Source of the DNA: Desulfobacterales bacterium
GTDB lineage: Bacteria > Desulfobacterota > Desulfobacteria > Desulfobacterales > UBA2174
Assembly: GCA_963668645.2 (NCBI GenBank)
Contig: CAXXWC010000021.1
Coordinates: 768,001-832,000 of the forward strand
Length of the DNA stretch: 64,000 bases
Direction: 5' to 3'
This document shows, piece by piece, positions 36,712-48,300 of the stretch. How positions within the stretch are numbered: position 1 is the first letter of the stretch; the number at the start of each line of letters is the position of its first letter. A model generated the notes under the pieces. That model was not told the DNA's origin and did no database searches. It saw nothing but the letters and a program-made list of their open reading frames with translations. Made by a program: the position numbers and the translations under genes.

Positions 36712-37398
36712 TATTTGTTCCTTTTTTTGCTGAAAGATACCCGTGCAGACAATCGCAAACGGGCAATTGCAAACATCTAATCGGGCATAATGAAATCACA
36801 GCAGACACTATAAATCGCTCGGAAAATCCCCGAGGTTATCTTTTTAGATAAGCTTTTTCAAAAAAAAACTACCAAGGACCTTTGACCAGGTCAATTGTTT
36901 TTCGAGTCCAGCATGGATTGCTAATGCAAGTCCTCAAAATTCTATCTCAATTTTTTGCGCCAAAAACAGTCCTTACATTTTTAGAGAAATGACTTGCCAG
37001 TATCTACAATTTCTATGGTGGTTATCGATGTCTATTCACAGCCTGAGAGTTTTAATGCCTGTTGATTCTCGATTTCCGTCTTAATGAATGCTACTCTATC
37101 TTGTTTCGGTCGTGGTGGCTGCCTGATAGCCAAAAACGAGGCATTTGTGACAATGGTATGAATGTTCCGCTGCTATTCCGGGCAACAGATTGCGCATAGC
37201 CTCTGCCGATCACCCCCTCCGGTTGACGATTCGGCTTGCCCGTATTTCCTATTTTCCGAGATCACATCCTGCCACTGACCATTAAGCATTGACTATGACA
37301 AAATATTCTGTCATCCGAGGAAGCAGCAAAGTGTTGCCGGAGAATAAGGCATCTCTGCTCTCTTTGCGGAATAATCTGTCATGCATACAAATAGTTAA

Positions 37399-38496
<1,098 letters not shown>

Positions 38497-38571
38497 CAGT
38501 GACTGCACTCACCTGTGTCCGACAGTTGAATGCTGCGATGCGGTAACGACGGATTCCATCCGCCACGGAGT

Positions 38572-39981
38572 TTACTTTTTCCCAATTTGGCCCCCGCCGA
38601 GGGCCTGGCAAAGCGACATCATGTTCTTAAGCTGGTCGTAGCAGTTATTGGCCAGGGCCAGTTGCGCCGTACGCCTTTCCTGCTGCGCATCGAGCCACTC
38701 CTGCACACCGGTCTGGCCCGCCCGGTAGCGGATTTCGGCCAGACGCTCGGTCTTTTGGGCCAGGATGGCGGTGCGCCGCAGGCTCCCTTCCCGGGTCAGG
38801 TAATGGCTGCGCGCCGCCAAGACGTTTTCCACCTCCTTGAGCGCCTCGTACAGGGTCTGGCGGAATTCGACCACCGCCTGTTCATAGGCAGCCTCGGCAA
38901 TGCGGGTGTTGAGCCGTGCCTGATTCCACTGGACAAAGGGCAATGCCAAATCGGCGCCCAGGGCGGCCACCGGGTTCCGCAAAAGGTTCAACAACTCCGC
39001 GCTGCTGGTGCCCAGCGACGAGGTCAGGCTCAGCCTGGGGTAGTAGCCGGCGCGGGTCACATTGGCCTCTTCCAGGGTGGCGTGCAGGCGCATTTCAGCG
39101 GCCTTGAGGTCCGGCCGGTTGCTCAGCACGGATGCCGGGATGCCGGCCGCGACAGCCGGTATGGAAAGATCGCCCAGCGCCTGCGCGTCGGCCATAACCT
39201 GCCCCGGGGCCTGATCGAAGAGGATAGCCAGGCCGTTGCGCACCTCGATCATCTGCTGCTCCAGGTCGGCCAGGTCGGCCTTCTGGCTCTCCAGATCTTT
39301 TTCGGCCAGCAACCGATCCAGGTCGGAGACCGCACCGGCCTCGAATTTGGCCCGCACCAGATCCAGGGTCCGGCCAGCGTAGGCCACGCTTTCCTGACCG
39401 GTGCGGATCGCCTGGCTAAGATAGGCGATTTGCCAGTAGAGGTCGGCGGTGGTACCGATCAGTGCAAGGGTGGCCGCAGCCCGATCCTCTTCGGTGGCCC
39501 GAGCCTCCCATTCGGCGGCGTTACGGCTGCCGGCCAGTTTGCCCCACAGATCCAACTCCCAGCTCAGCCTGGCACTGGCAGAAGTACTGCGGGCGCTCCC
39601 ACCGCTTTCGAGATCCCGCTGTGTACCGGTGTTGGCAGCGACGGCAAGATCCGGGGTGCGGTTGGTCGCCTCGAGTCCGGCCTGCAGCCGGGCCTTGCGC
39701 ACCTTGATGGCCGCAGCGGCCAAATCGTTGTTGGTCTTCAATGCCCGTTCGATGAGCCGGTCGAGCTGCGGGTCCTCGAACACCAGCCACCAGCGGTCGG
39801 AGGCCAGTATCTGTGCGCCGTTTCCGACCTCGGTCTGCCAGCGGTCCGGCAGAGCGAAGGCCGGTGGCTGGTACTCGGTACGGACCATTGCGCTGCAGGC
39901 AGTTAAAAAAATCAGCAGCAGCGCAGCCAGCAGCCGGTATACAACCCGAGCAGGCGTTGATTTATCCGTCGTGTCGAACAT
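38572..39981 (-). CDS. Efflux outer-membrane lipoprotein (OprM/NodT/TolC family)
   Basis: LTAC lipobox, WWLVFEDPQL..LIERAL, SWELDLWG, NRPDLKAAE, ALGGG. Confidence 0.92.
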   Translation of the reverse strand: MFDTTDKSTPARVVYRLLAALLLIFLTACSAMVRTEYQPPAFALPDRWQTEVGNGAQILASDRWWLVFEDPQLDRLIERALKTNNDLAAAAIKVRKARLQAGLEATNRTPDLAVAANTGTQRDLESGGSARSTSASARLSWELDLWGKLAGSRNAAEWEARATEEDRAAATLALIGTTADLYWQIAYLSQAIRTGQESVAYAGRTLDLVRAKFEAGAVSDLDRLLAEKDLESQKADLADLEQQMIEVRNGLAILFDQAPGQVMADAQALGDLSIPAVAAGIPASVLSNRPDLKAAEMRLHATLEEANVTRAGYYPRLSLTSSLGTSSAELLNLLRNPVAALGADLALPFVQWNQARLNTRIAEAAYEQAVVEFRQTLYEALKEVENVLAARSHYLTREGSLRRTAILAQKTERLAEIRYRAGQTGVQEWLDAQQERRTAQLALANNCYDQLKNMMSLCQALGGGQIGKK

Positions 39982-39985
39982 GATC

Positions 39986-41938
39986 CTATTCCCGGGCGAG
40001 AGCCTCGATGGGATCGAGACGCGCGGCGCTGCGGGCGGGCAAAAAGCCGAACAGCACTCCGATAAAGGTCGAACAGGCGAAGGCCGAAACGATCGACAGC
40101 GATGAGAACTGCATCTTGATGGCGCTGACGAAATACGAAAACACGATGCCGACACCGAAGGAAAGCAGGATTCCGAAGCCTCCGCCGATCATGCACACCA
40201 GCACCGCCTCGATCAAAAACTGCTGCATGATATCCGCCTGCCGGGCACCCACCGCCATGCGGATGCCGATCTCGCGGGTGCGCTCGGTGACCGAGACCAG
40301 CATGATGTTCATCACCCCAATCCCGCCCACGATCAGGGAGATCACCGCGATGGATGAGATCAGCAGCGTAAGGGTGGCGGTGGTTTTTTCCACTGTTTTC
40401 AGGATGCTGTCCGAACTGCGGGTATAGACGTCCTTGGTGCCGTGGCGCGCGGCCAGCAGATGCTCGATGCCCTGTTGGGCGATTTCGTTGGACATGCCGG
40501 CGGCCACGCGCACCGTGATGGAACTGAAGTACTGCTGGCCCGAGATCCGGTTCATCACCGCCGTGTAGGGCATCCAGACGTTGAGGTTCTCGTCTTTGAA
40601 GACCGACTCCTTTTCGGCCGCCACCCCCACGATCACGATGGGCACGTTGCCGGCAAGAATGGTCCGGCCGATGGGATCCTCCCCTTGAGGGAACAGCTTC
40701 TTTTTCGTGTTCTGGTCGATCACCGCCACCTGGGCCAGAGTGGCGATGTCGCGGGCCAGCAGGGGCCGGCCCAGCTCCATGGTGATGTCTTTGACCCGGA
40801 AGTAGGCCTCGCCCACACCCTTGATCGCGGCGTTGGCCACGATGTTGCGGTAACGAAGTTCCTGATTGGCGCCGATGTTCGGCGTCAGGCTGTCGACATA
40901 GACCTGGGCCTTAAGCGCATCAAGGTCGGCCGGCACCAGGGTCTCGACCCGGCTCGAACGCACATCGCCCCAGCCGGTACCCGGGTAGATATCGATGGTG
41001 TTGGTACCGATGGCGCTGATGTCACTGATCACTTTCTGCCGGGCGCCCTGGCCCACAGCCACCACGCTGACAACGGCCATGATCCCGATGATGATCCCCA
41101 GCATGGTCAGCAAGGTGCGCAGCCGGTGCGTCGTCATGGCCACCCAGGCCATCTTGAAGGCTTCGAGGAAAAGGCCGATGCGGGTGGCCCAGCGGCTCGA
41201 TGGGTGGGACTCGGCCCACTGCCGCGCGGTGCTTTGCGCAAGGCCTGGCAGGGGGTTGATTTCGTCGGCGATGATCTCACCGTCCCGGATCCGGATGATG
41301 CGTTGGGCCTGGCTCGCGATGGTCGCATCGTGGGTCACCAAAATAATGGTGTGCCCCTGGGCGTGCAGCTCGTCCAGGATCGCCATCACCTCCTGGCCGC
41401 TTTTGCTGTCCAGGGCCCCGGTCGGCTCATCGGCCAGGATGACTTCACCACCGTTGATCAGGGACCGGGCGATGCTCACCCGCTGCTGCTGGCCGCCGGA
41501 CAACTGGCTGGGCCGGTGGTGGCTGCGATCGCCCAGCCCGAGGCGCTGGAGCAAGACTTGGGCCCGCGCCAGGCGCTCCTTTTTCCTGACACCGGCGTAG
41601 ATGGCCGGCATTTCAGTGTTGCCCAGGGCTGAAAGGTGGGGCAGAAGATGATAGCTTTGAAAAATGAAGCCGAAATAATCCCTGCGCAACGCGGCCAGCG
41701 CGTCGCTGCTCAGCCGAGCCGTCTCCCGGCCGTCGACCCGGTAACTTCCGGCACTGGGCCGGTCCAGGCAGCCGAGGATGTTGAGCAAAGTCGACTTGCC
41801 CGAACCGGAAGCACCCATGATGGCCACCATCTCGCCGGCCTCGATCTTCAGGTTCAGCCCTTTGATGACCTTCACCGCAGTATCGCCGGACGGAAAGGAG
41901 CGTTCCAGATCGGTAATTTCAATCAGCGGCCCGCTCAT
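39986..41938 (-). CDS. macB: MacB-family ABC transporter (ATPase-permease fusion)
   Basis: GASGSGKST, LSGGQQQR, LADEPTGALD, LTMLGIIIG, MLVSVTERTREIG. Confidence 0.93.
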   Translation of the reverse strand: MSGPLIEITDLERSFPSGDTAVKVIKGLNLKIEAGEMVAIMGASGSGKSTLLNILGCLDRPSAGSYRVDGRETARLSSDALAALRRDYFGFIFQSYHLLPHLSALGNTEMPAIYAGVRKKERLARAQVLLQRLGLGDRSHHRPSQLSGGQQQRVSIARSLINGGEVILADEPTGALDSKSGQEVMAILDELHAQGHTIILVTHDATIASQAQRIIRIRDGEIIADEINPLPGLAQSTARQWAESHPSSRWATRIGLFLEAFKMAWVAMTTHRLRTLLTMLGIIIGIMAVVSVVAVGQGARQKVISDISAIGTNTIDIYPGTGWGDVRSSRVETLVPADLDALKAQVYVDSLTPNIGANQELRYRNIVANAAIKGVGEAYFRVKDITMELGRPLLARDIATLAQVAVIDQNTKKKLFPQGEDPIGRTILAGNVPIVIVGVAAEKESVFKDENLNVWMPYTAVMNRISGQQYFSSITVRVAAGMSNEIAQQGIEHLLAARHGTKDVYTRSSDSILKTVEKTTATLTLLISSIAVISLIVGGIGVMNIMLVSVTERTREIGIRMAVGARQADIMQQFLIEAVLVCMIGGGFGILLSFGVGIVFSYFVSAIKMQFSSLSIVSAFACSTFIGVLFGFLPARSAARLDPIEALARE

Positions 41939-41941
41939 CGC

Positions 41942-43156
41942 TTACCTCATGGGCGGCGGCGGTCCGCCGTGAGGCGGCCCACCGGGTCTTTGGTCGTTCT
42001 CAATGCTCTTTTCCGCCGTAAGCGAGTCGCCCACGATGACCTGCTCTCCCAAATGCAGGCCATCAAGCACCTGGACATAGACGTTGTCCTTGAGGCCGGT
42101 GCGGATCACACGGGTTTCGGCACGGCCGGCGGTGAGCACCCTCACTGTGTAGCGGCCGTTGCCCTGACTTTGTCCAAGAACCGACAGGGGGATGCAAAGC
42201 ACCTGCCTGGCCTCTCCGAGCACGATGGAGACCTGGGCGGTCATGAAAATACGCAGCTTATGATCCGGGTTGGGTACGTCGAACTGGCCGTTGTAGTAGG
42301 TGGCCGCCGAACTGATAGTCTTGGCCGAAGTGTCCGTGTTGTTAATGGTTTCCGGCGCCGGATCCACCGAACGTAACGTACTGTCATAGCGCTTGTCCGG
42401 GTCACCCAGGATACTGAAGTAGACCGGCATTTGCGGTTTGACCCGGATCACGTCCGCCTCGCTGATCAAGGCTTTGACGGTCATGGTATCCAGGTTGGAT
42501 AGGGTCAGGATGGTCGGCGCGGACTGGGTTGAAACCACTGTCTGCCCCTCTTCGGCGGCCACCGCCACCACCACCCCGTCCATGGGTGCCACGATCTGAG
42601 TATAGCCGAGATTCTTTCTGGCGGTATCCACCGAGATGGTGGCCTGGACAATCTGGGCGTCCAGGGCCGCAATCTCGGCCCGGGTACTTTCCAGGCTGGC
42701 CGCTGCGCTTTCCAGATCTGACTGGGCCGAGGCGTCGCTGCGGCGCATGGCCTGCTGGCGCCTGTAGGCGAGTTCATACTGTTTGAGAAGCGCGAGCTTG
42801 GCCCGTTTCTGAGCCTCGATGGTCTTTAAAGCGGCTTCGGCGTCCCGCAGGTCGTTTTGTTTGACCGAAGGGTCGATCACCGCCAACAACTGCCCCTTCT
42901 TGACGCGGTCGCCCAGGGAAACCTTCAGCGATTGTATCTGGCCTGAGACCTGGGCACCGACATCGACCTGCTGGGAGGCGTTGAGTACCCCGGTGGACGA
43001 GACGGTCTCCTGGATGTCGCGCCGGGTTACCGGAACGGTGACGTAAACCGGTTTCGGGGACGGCCAAAGCCGGTCGCGTGCGAACCAGGCCCCGGTGGCC
43101 GTGGCCGCCAGAATCACCAGAACGGCTGACAGGTACCGATGCTTTTTCTTTTCCAT
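41942..43156 (-). CDS. macA: MacA-family periplasmic adaptor
   Basis: VDVGAQVSGQ, VKKGQLLA, IVAPMDG, ISEADV; start MEKKK. Confidence 0.9.
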   Translation of the reverse strand: MEKKKHRYLSAVLVILAATATGAWFARDRLWPSPKPVYVTVPVTRRDIQETVSSTGVLNASQQVDVGAQVSGQIQSLKVSLGDRVKKGQLLAVIDPSVKQNDLRDAEAALKTIEAQKRAKLALLKQYELAYRRQQAMRRSDASAQSDLESAAASLESTRAEIAALDAQIVQATISVDTARKNLGYTQIVAPMDGVVVAVAAEEGQTVVSTQSAPTILTLSNLDTMTVKALISEADVIRVKPQMPVYFSILGDPDKRYDSTLRSVDPAPETINNTDTSAKTISSAATYYNGQFDVPNPDHKLRIFMTAQVSIVLGEARQVLCIPLSVLGQSQGNGRYTVRVLTAGRAETRVIRTGLKDNVYVQVLDGLHLGEQVIVGDSLTAEKSIENDQRPGGPPHGGPPPPMR

Positions 43157-43536
43157 AGCCTCTTTGCCCTGCAACATGGCTTCGGCCATCGCTTCAATGG
43201 ATCCACAAAACATGCCGCCCGACCAGTTCCTGGACGGACGTTTGTCCCACCGCGCCGGATTTCGCGGCCGCCCGTCTGAGCCTGGCGTCCAACCGCTCAA
43301 ACGGAAGCCGGGCCACCGCAAGGTGGCCCGGCCATGGGAGGGGAGGAGGAGACGCCGATCGGGTCGTTGACCCGATCGTTTCTGCAGATAATAATCGTTT
43401 GTCGATATTACCTGAAGATTGCCGCAACATTACCTTTTGGTCATCCCCGTCGCTGCCGGGAACCAGGCGCTGATCGTTTGGCCATCACGTCCGGGCCGAT
43501 GCACGCACAACCACCCGATTGGCTTCCTTCTTCCTG

Positions 43537-44778
43537 TCAGTTTTTGGGCATATCGATGTTCAGGGCATATATGTCGTTAATAGCCATTGCCGTTCGATAG
43601 AGGTGAATATGGCCCATCCTGGCATTGGTTGCCAGTACGATGGCGCATCGGCTTTTTGTCGACAAATAGACCTCTGCCTGAAAGCCCTGACTCGTCCCTG
43701 AATGATGAAGGCACGCGTTGTCCGACACTGCATTGTTGACGAACCATCCCAAAGCATAATCGGCCGATTGAAGGGGCCAACCGCACTCTTTGTTCCAAAA
43801 CTCCAAATACTCTTCATCATAAGACCAATCAAGATGATCCGGCGGGGTATGCAATTTTTGCATGGCTTCCGATTTAAGAAAGATACTTTGAGGCGCCTGA
43901 TCGGATACCATGTGGGCAATCACGAATTTGGCCCAGTCTTTTATTGACAGGCTGACATTTCCGGCTGGATCCAGCCAATGGGGGTCATCTTTCCGCAGCA
44001 TCTTCAAAGACCGGCTCGATCTATCCCACCGATGTCCCCATGGTTGTGAATCCGGATCGAATTAAGCCGGGGCGCCATATCCTGCCGTGGCGAGGTTAAG
44101 CGGCTTAAATAATTTCATCGACATCAGTTCGTTGAATTCCTTACCTGAAACAACTTCCATCATCAGACCGGCCAGAATGTAGCCGGTGTTGGAGTAAAAT
44201 TTTACCGTGCCGGGCGGATGGTGCAGCTCTGTTTGCGCAATCTGGCTCAAATAGACAAGTCTTCCAGCGGTCGGCGTATAGGATACGCTGCGTTTAAGAT
44301 CTGCCATAAAACTTTTGGGCAACCCAGCGCTGTGCGACAGGAGCTGCATCAGGCTGATGTTTCTGAATGCATCAGACGATTCCAGAGATGGGAACACATT
44401 GCCGATGGTCGTATCCCAGCGCAGCATTCCTTCATCGACCATCAATGCAGCCACCGTGGAAGTAAGGGCCTTGCCACAGGATCCGATGATAAAATTGTCA
44501 TCGACAGTCACCCAGTTCCGGGTTCCATACTTTCGGGTACCGACTGCTGCGGCTGCTTTGATTTTTCCACCGACAACAACCGCTGCCGCCAACGCGGGCT
44601 GATTCGCTGCGATGCGCCTTTTTTCTAATAACCGGGCAAGCTTCATATCCCCGGAACTCTCGGAAATAACTGCTGGTGGCGGGCCGCAGCCCTGCACATT
44701 TAGACAAAATAACAGGGCGGGGAAAAAGAGAAATATCCAATTTAATCGAGATACTTTTTTCATGATCAACATCTTCAT
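43537..44778 (-). pseudogene. Serine hydrolase/class C beta-lactamase-like lipoprotein split by one in-frame TAA (44062-44064)
   Basis: SCGK, LLSHSAG, YSN in 5' part; same frame continues (FDPDSQPWGH..) into the 43537-44007 ORF with HSG motif. Confidence 0.8.
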
Positions 44779-45024
44779 TTCCAGGGTTGACGATCCGGAA
44801 TCACGGCATCATAATGTTGTCACCCTCGAATGTATCCCGGGTTAAACGAAGGTCTTGGATGCTGTTAATCCCCTTAATCCTTCTAAGAAAAGCCTGCGCG
44901 ACCATATAATTGCAGATATACTGAAAATAATTCCCCTTATCAATAGCGGCCCGAAATACTGTTCAGCCTTAGCCGGCAAGCGACCGTTTCTTTCTTAAGC
45001 ACAGCCAGCACCCAAACAGAACCT

Positions 45025-45251
45025 CGGCAACGGCCTGATGGTCCAGATTGTGGCCGGCCTGATCACCTATCTGTTGCTGGCTATACATTGCCAAAAACAT
45101 TTCAAGGAGAAAGTGTCCATACGGCGAGTCAAACAGTTGCGGACCGCTATTGAAAACGAGTTGCGCTGGTTACCGGATGATGTGGACTCACAATATGTAA
45201 AAGAGCAAAAATTACACTTTGTTGATGCAAGAACCTAACCAGAAATTACTG
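45025..45251 (+). pseudogene. C-terminal remnant of an IS4-like transposase
   Basis: NGLMVQIVAGLITYLLLAI.. resembles an IS4 DDE C-terminus; rest of the gene missing. Confidence 0.5.
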
Positions 45252-45348
45252 ATTGCGTATCTTCCCTGTGGGGGATATCATAAAAAAAAGTGAATGGCAC
45301 GCATTTTCGCCCAATCGATACATCAAATGAGAACGGAAAGAATTCCTT

Positions 45349-48300
45349 ATGAAAATCGGCAGATTCGAAATATCCAAGGTTCTTCAAAAGGAAGGTTATA
45401 AAATAGTCTATTTAGTCTTAGCTGAAAAAATGGCCTTTTTTTTACATGAATATTCAGAGCCGGAACTTGCAGATCACGAGTTCCTGTTTTCCGAATACAT
45501 TTCCAGCAACGCCGTTGATCAATTTGTTGAAAAGTTCGTGAATAACGGGAAAACGATATTGGTTCAGGAGTACACAGAGGGGATTTCAGCGGAGCTGTAT
45601 TTCAGCGAAAATAGACCGCTTTTGGAAAAAATTGATTTTGCCAAATCGATTTTGTCGATTCTTAAGGAAATTCATAGCAAAGGGATTATCTACAACAATC
45701 TATCACTCAAAACCATTACAATCGGGCCACATGGCGATCCGATGCTGCATAATTTTGTATCGGCTACAATTGCGGGGGAGGATAGGACTTCTATCTATAG
45801 GCAGATTCTCAACCCTCATTTCGTGGCGCCTGAACGCACGGAAAGAGTGGAAGGAATAACATCGGCAGCCAGTGATTATTATTCGTTCGGCGTCCTGCTC
45901 TATTGGTTGCTGACGGGAAAATTGCCTTTCGAGTCCGACAATCTATCCCATCTGATTTCGCTGCATGTGGCCAAACAGCCTGTTCCACCTGTTTCAGTGG
46001 AATCAAAAATTTCCAAAGGCTTGTCAGAAATTGTGGAGAAGCTTTTGGAGAAGGATAAATCGGACCGGTACAAATCGATCGATGGTATTCTGTTCGATCT
46101 GGAACACTATAATGATCCAGGGTTTAAATTATCCAGCCAGGATATGGATCTCAAATTCAGGGTGACCGATAAAATCTATGGCAGGGAGCTGGAAATCGGA
46201 CTGTTGAAAGCGGCGGTCAAGGAACTTGCAGATGGCAAAGGTCGTCTGGTGACCATTGCAGGGTATTCAGGCGTTGGAAAATCAACGATAGTGTCGGAGT
46301 TTCAAAAAAAGGTCGCTCCGGTTGCGTGTCGATTGATTTCAGGAAAATTCCAGCAATATAAAAGGGATATTCCCTATTTTGCCATTGTAGAAGCATTCAA
46401 TACCCTTTTCGATATGCTGCTTTTGTCGGAGCAAACCGTCCTGGATGATTTTTGCCAGTTGTTTACTGAGAGTATCGGGGAGCAGGGACTGATTTTAACA
46501 TCGATTTTCCCAAAGCTCGAATCGATTGTCGGGAAGCAGGCCCCGGTTGACAAACTGGTAGGCGAGGAGGCGGAAAACCGTTTCAACTATTTTTTTTTAA
46601 AACTGATCAATATGGTGGCAACGGAAGATCGGCCGCTGACACTTTTCCTGGACGATCTGCAATGGACGGATCTTGTATCTCTCAATGTACTGCGGGCTAT
46701 TTTGCAGAATGGCCCCTCCTTTCTGCTGGTGATCCTGGCCTATCGATCCAACGAAGTGGATCAACACCATCCCCTGCAACAATTTCTCGATGAGGCCGGC
46801 AAATATAACGTGTTCCATCGGAAGATGGTGGTCCGTGACCTGGAACCGGATGATGTTTCAATGCTAATCGAGGACAGTCTGGGATACAGGGATTCGAAGT
46901 TAAGCCATATCGTGTTCTACAAAACCCATGGGAACGCGTTTTTTGTTCATCAGCTACTGAAAGGACTGGCAGATCAGTCGTATTTTCACAGGGATGTGAA
47001 GAACAAAATCTGGACTATCGATACGGATAAGGTGTCAGACCTGCAGGTTTCCAGTAACGTAGTCGATTTCATGCAAACCAGGCTGAAGCGTCTGCCCCGG
47101 GAAACAACCGACCTGATGAGAATCATCGGCGCTGTGGGGCATCATGTGAGTTTGGATGTGCTGTCGGTTGTCACAGGAATAAGAAAAGACCATATCTCAA
47201 AAGTTCTGAAGCTGCCTTTTGAAGATGGGCTCCTGTATTATCAACAGGATCATGTCTATTTTACCCATGATAAAATAGAGCAAGCCTGTTATCAGCTCAA
47301 CCGGATTGACAGACTTCCAGAGCTGCACTTCAACATTGCAAAAACCCTCATGCATCATGAACTTTCCCGAAGTCTTGATGAACTCTTCAACCTCGTAGCT
47401 CACCTGGACAAGGCCTTTGATCTCATTCACGAAGATCATGAAAAATATATTGAAATTTACATGAAAGCCGCTGTGAAAAGCAAGGAGATATCTGCCTACG
47501 GCGAATTTTTAGTATATGTTCGGCAGGCAATGGCCCTTTTGCAGGATTCCGTTCCCGATTTGATGCGATCTGAGGTCTACCAAGAGTACCATATCGCCCT
47601 CTACCTGAACAGTCTGTTTGAAGAAGCAGATGAATTTTTTTATGAAAAACTGGCCGGCTGCCAGGATTTTATGGATCTCAAGGAAAACTATTTTTCAAAG
47701 GTTTCCCAGGACAGTATGCGGCGGCGGTATAAAGAGGCTACTGTTTTCGGAATGTCCATCCTCAAGAAAATGGGGATCGAGCTGAGAATTGATCCCCAAG
47801 CTGAGGACTTGGCGCATGAATTGAACGAGGTGGAGGCATTGTTCGCGAAAGCGGGGATCAAAAAGATATCAGAATTACGAAATATCGAAAGAAAAAACAT
47901 TCACGAGATGGAGTTCATCTGTGAACTCATTCTGGCGATGGTTCCTGCCGCTTTTTTCTACCAACCCACGGTTGCCTGTCTATTGATCTTTACCACCTTG
48001 AAACTTGCCGTTCAAAACGGCGTTTTTGAAGCGATGGGCTACCCTCTTTCCGTTGCCTCCACGCCGTTCATCCTGATCCGGAACGATTATCTGACCGGTT
48101 ATGAGTATGCAGAATATGCCTTGCAGATCGCGGCAAACAACAAACGGTCCCTGGGGAACGCGAAGCACCTTTTTATTTTGTTCTGCTGGCATTGGTCCCG
48201 GTCGATTAAAGACGATACCGCCATCGAGATCGCCAGGGAAGCCCATCACCTGCTGATGCAGGGCGGCGATATTCAAATGGCCGGCTACACTTATTACAAT

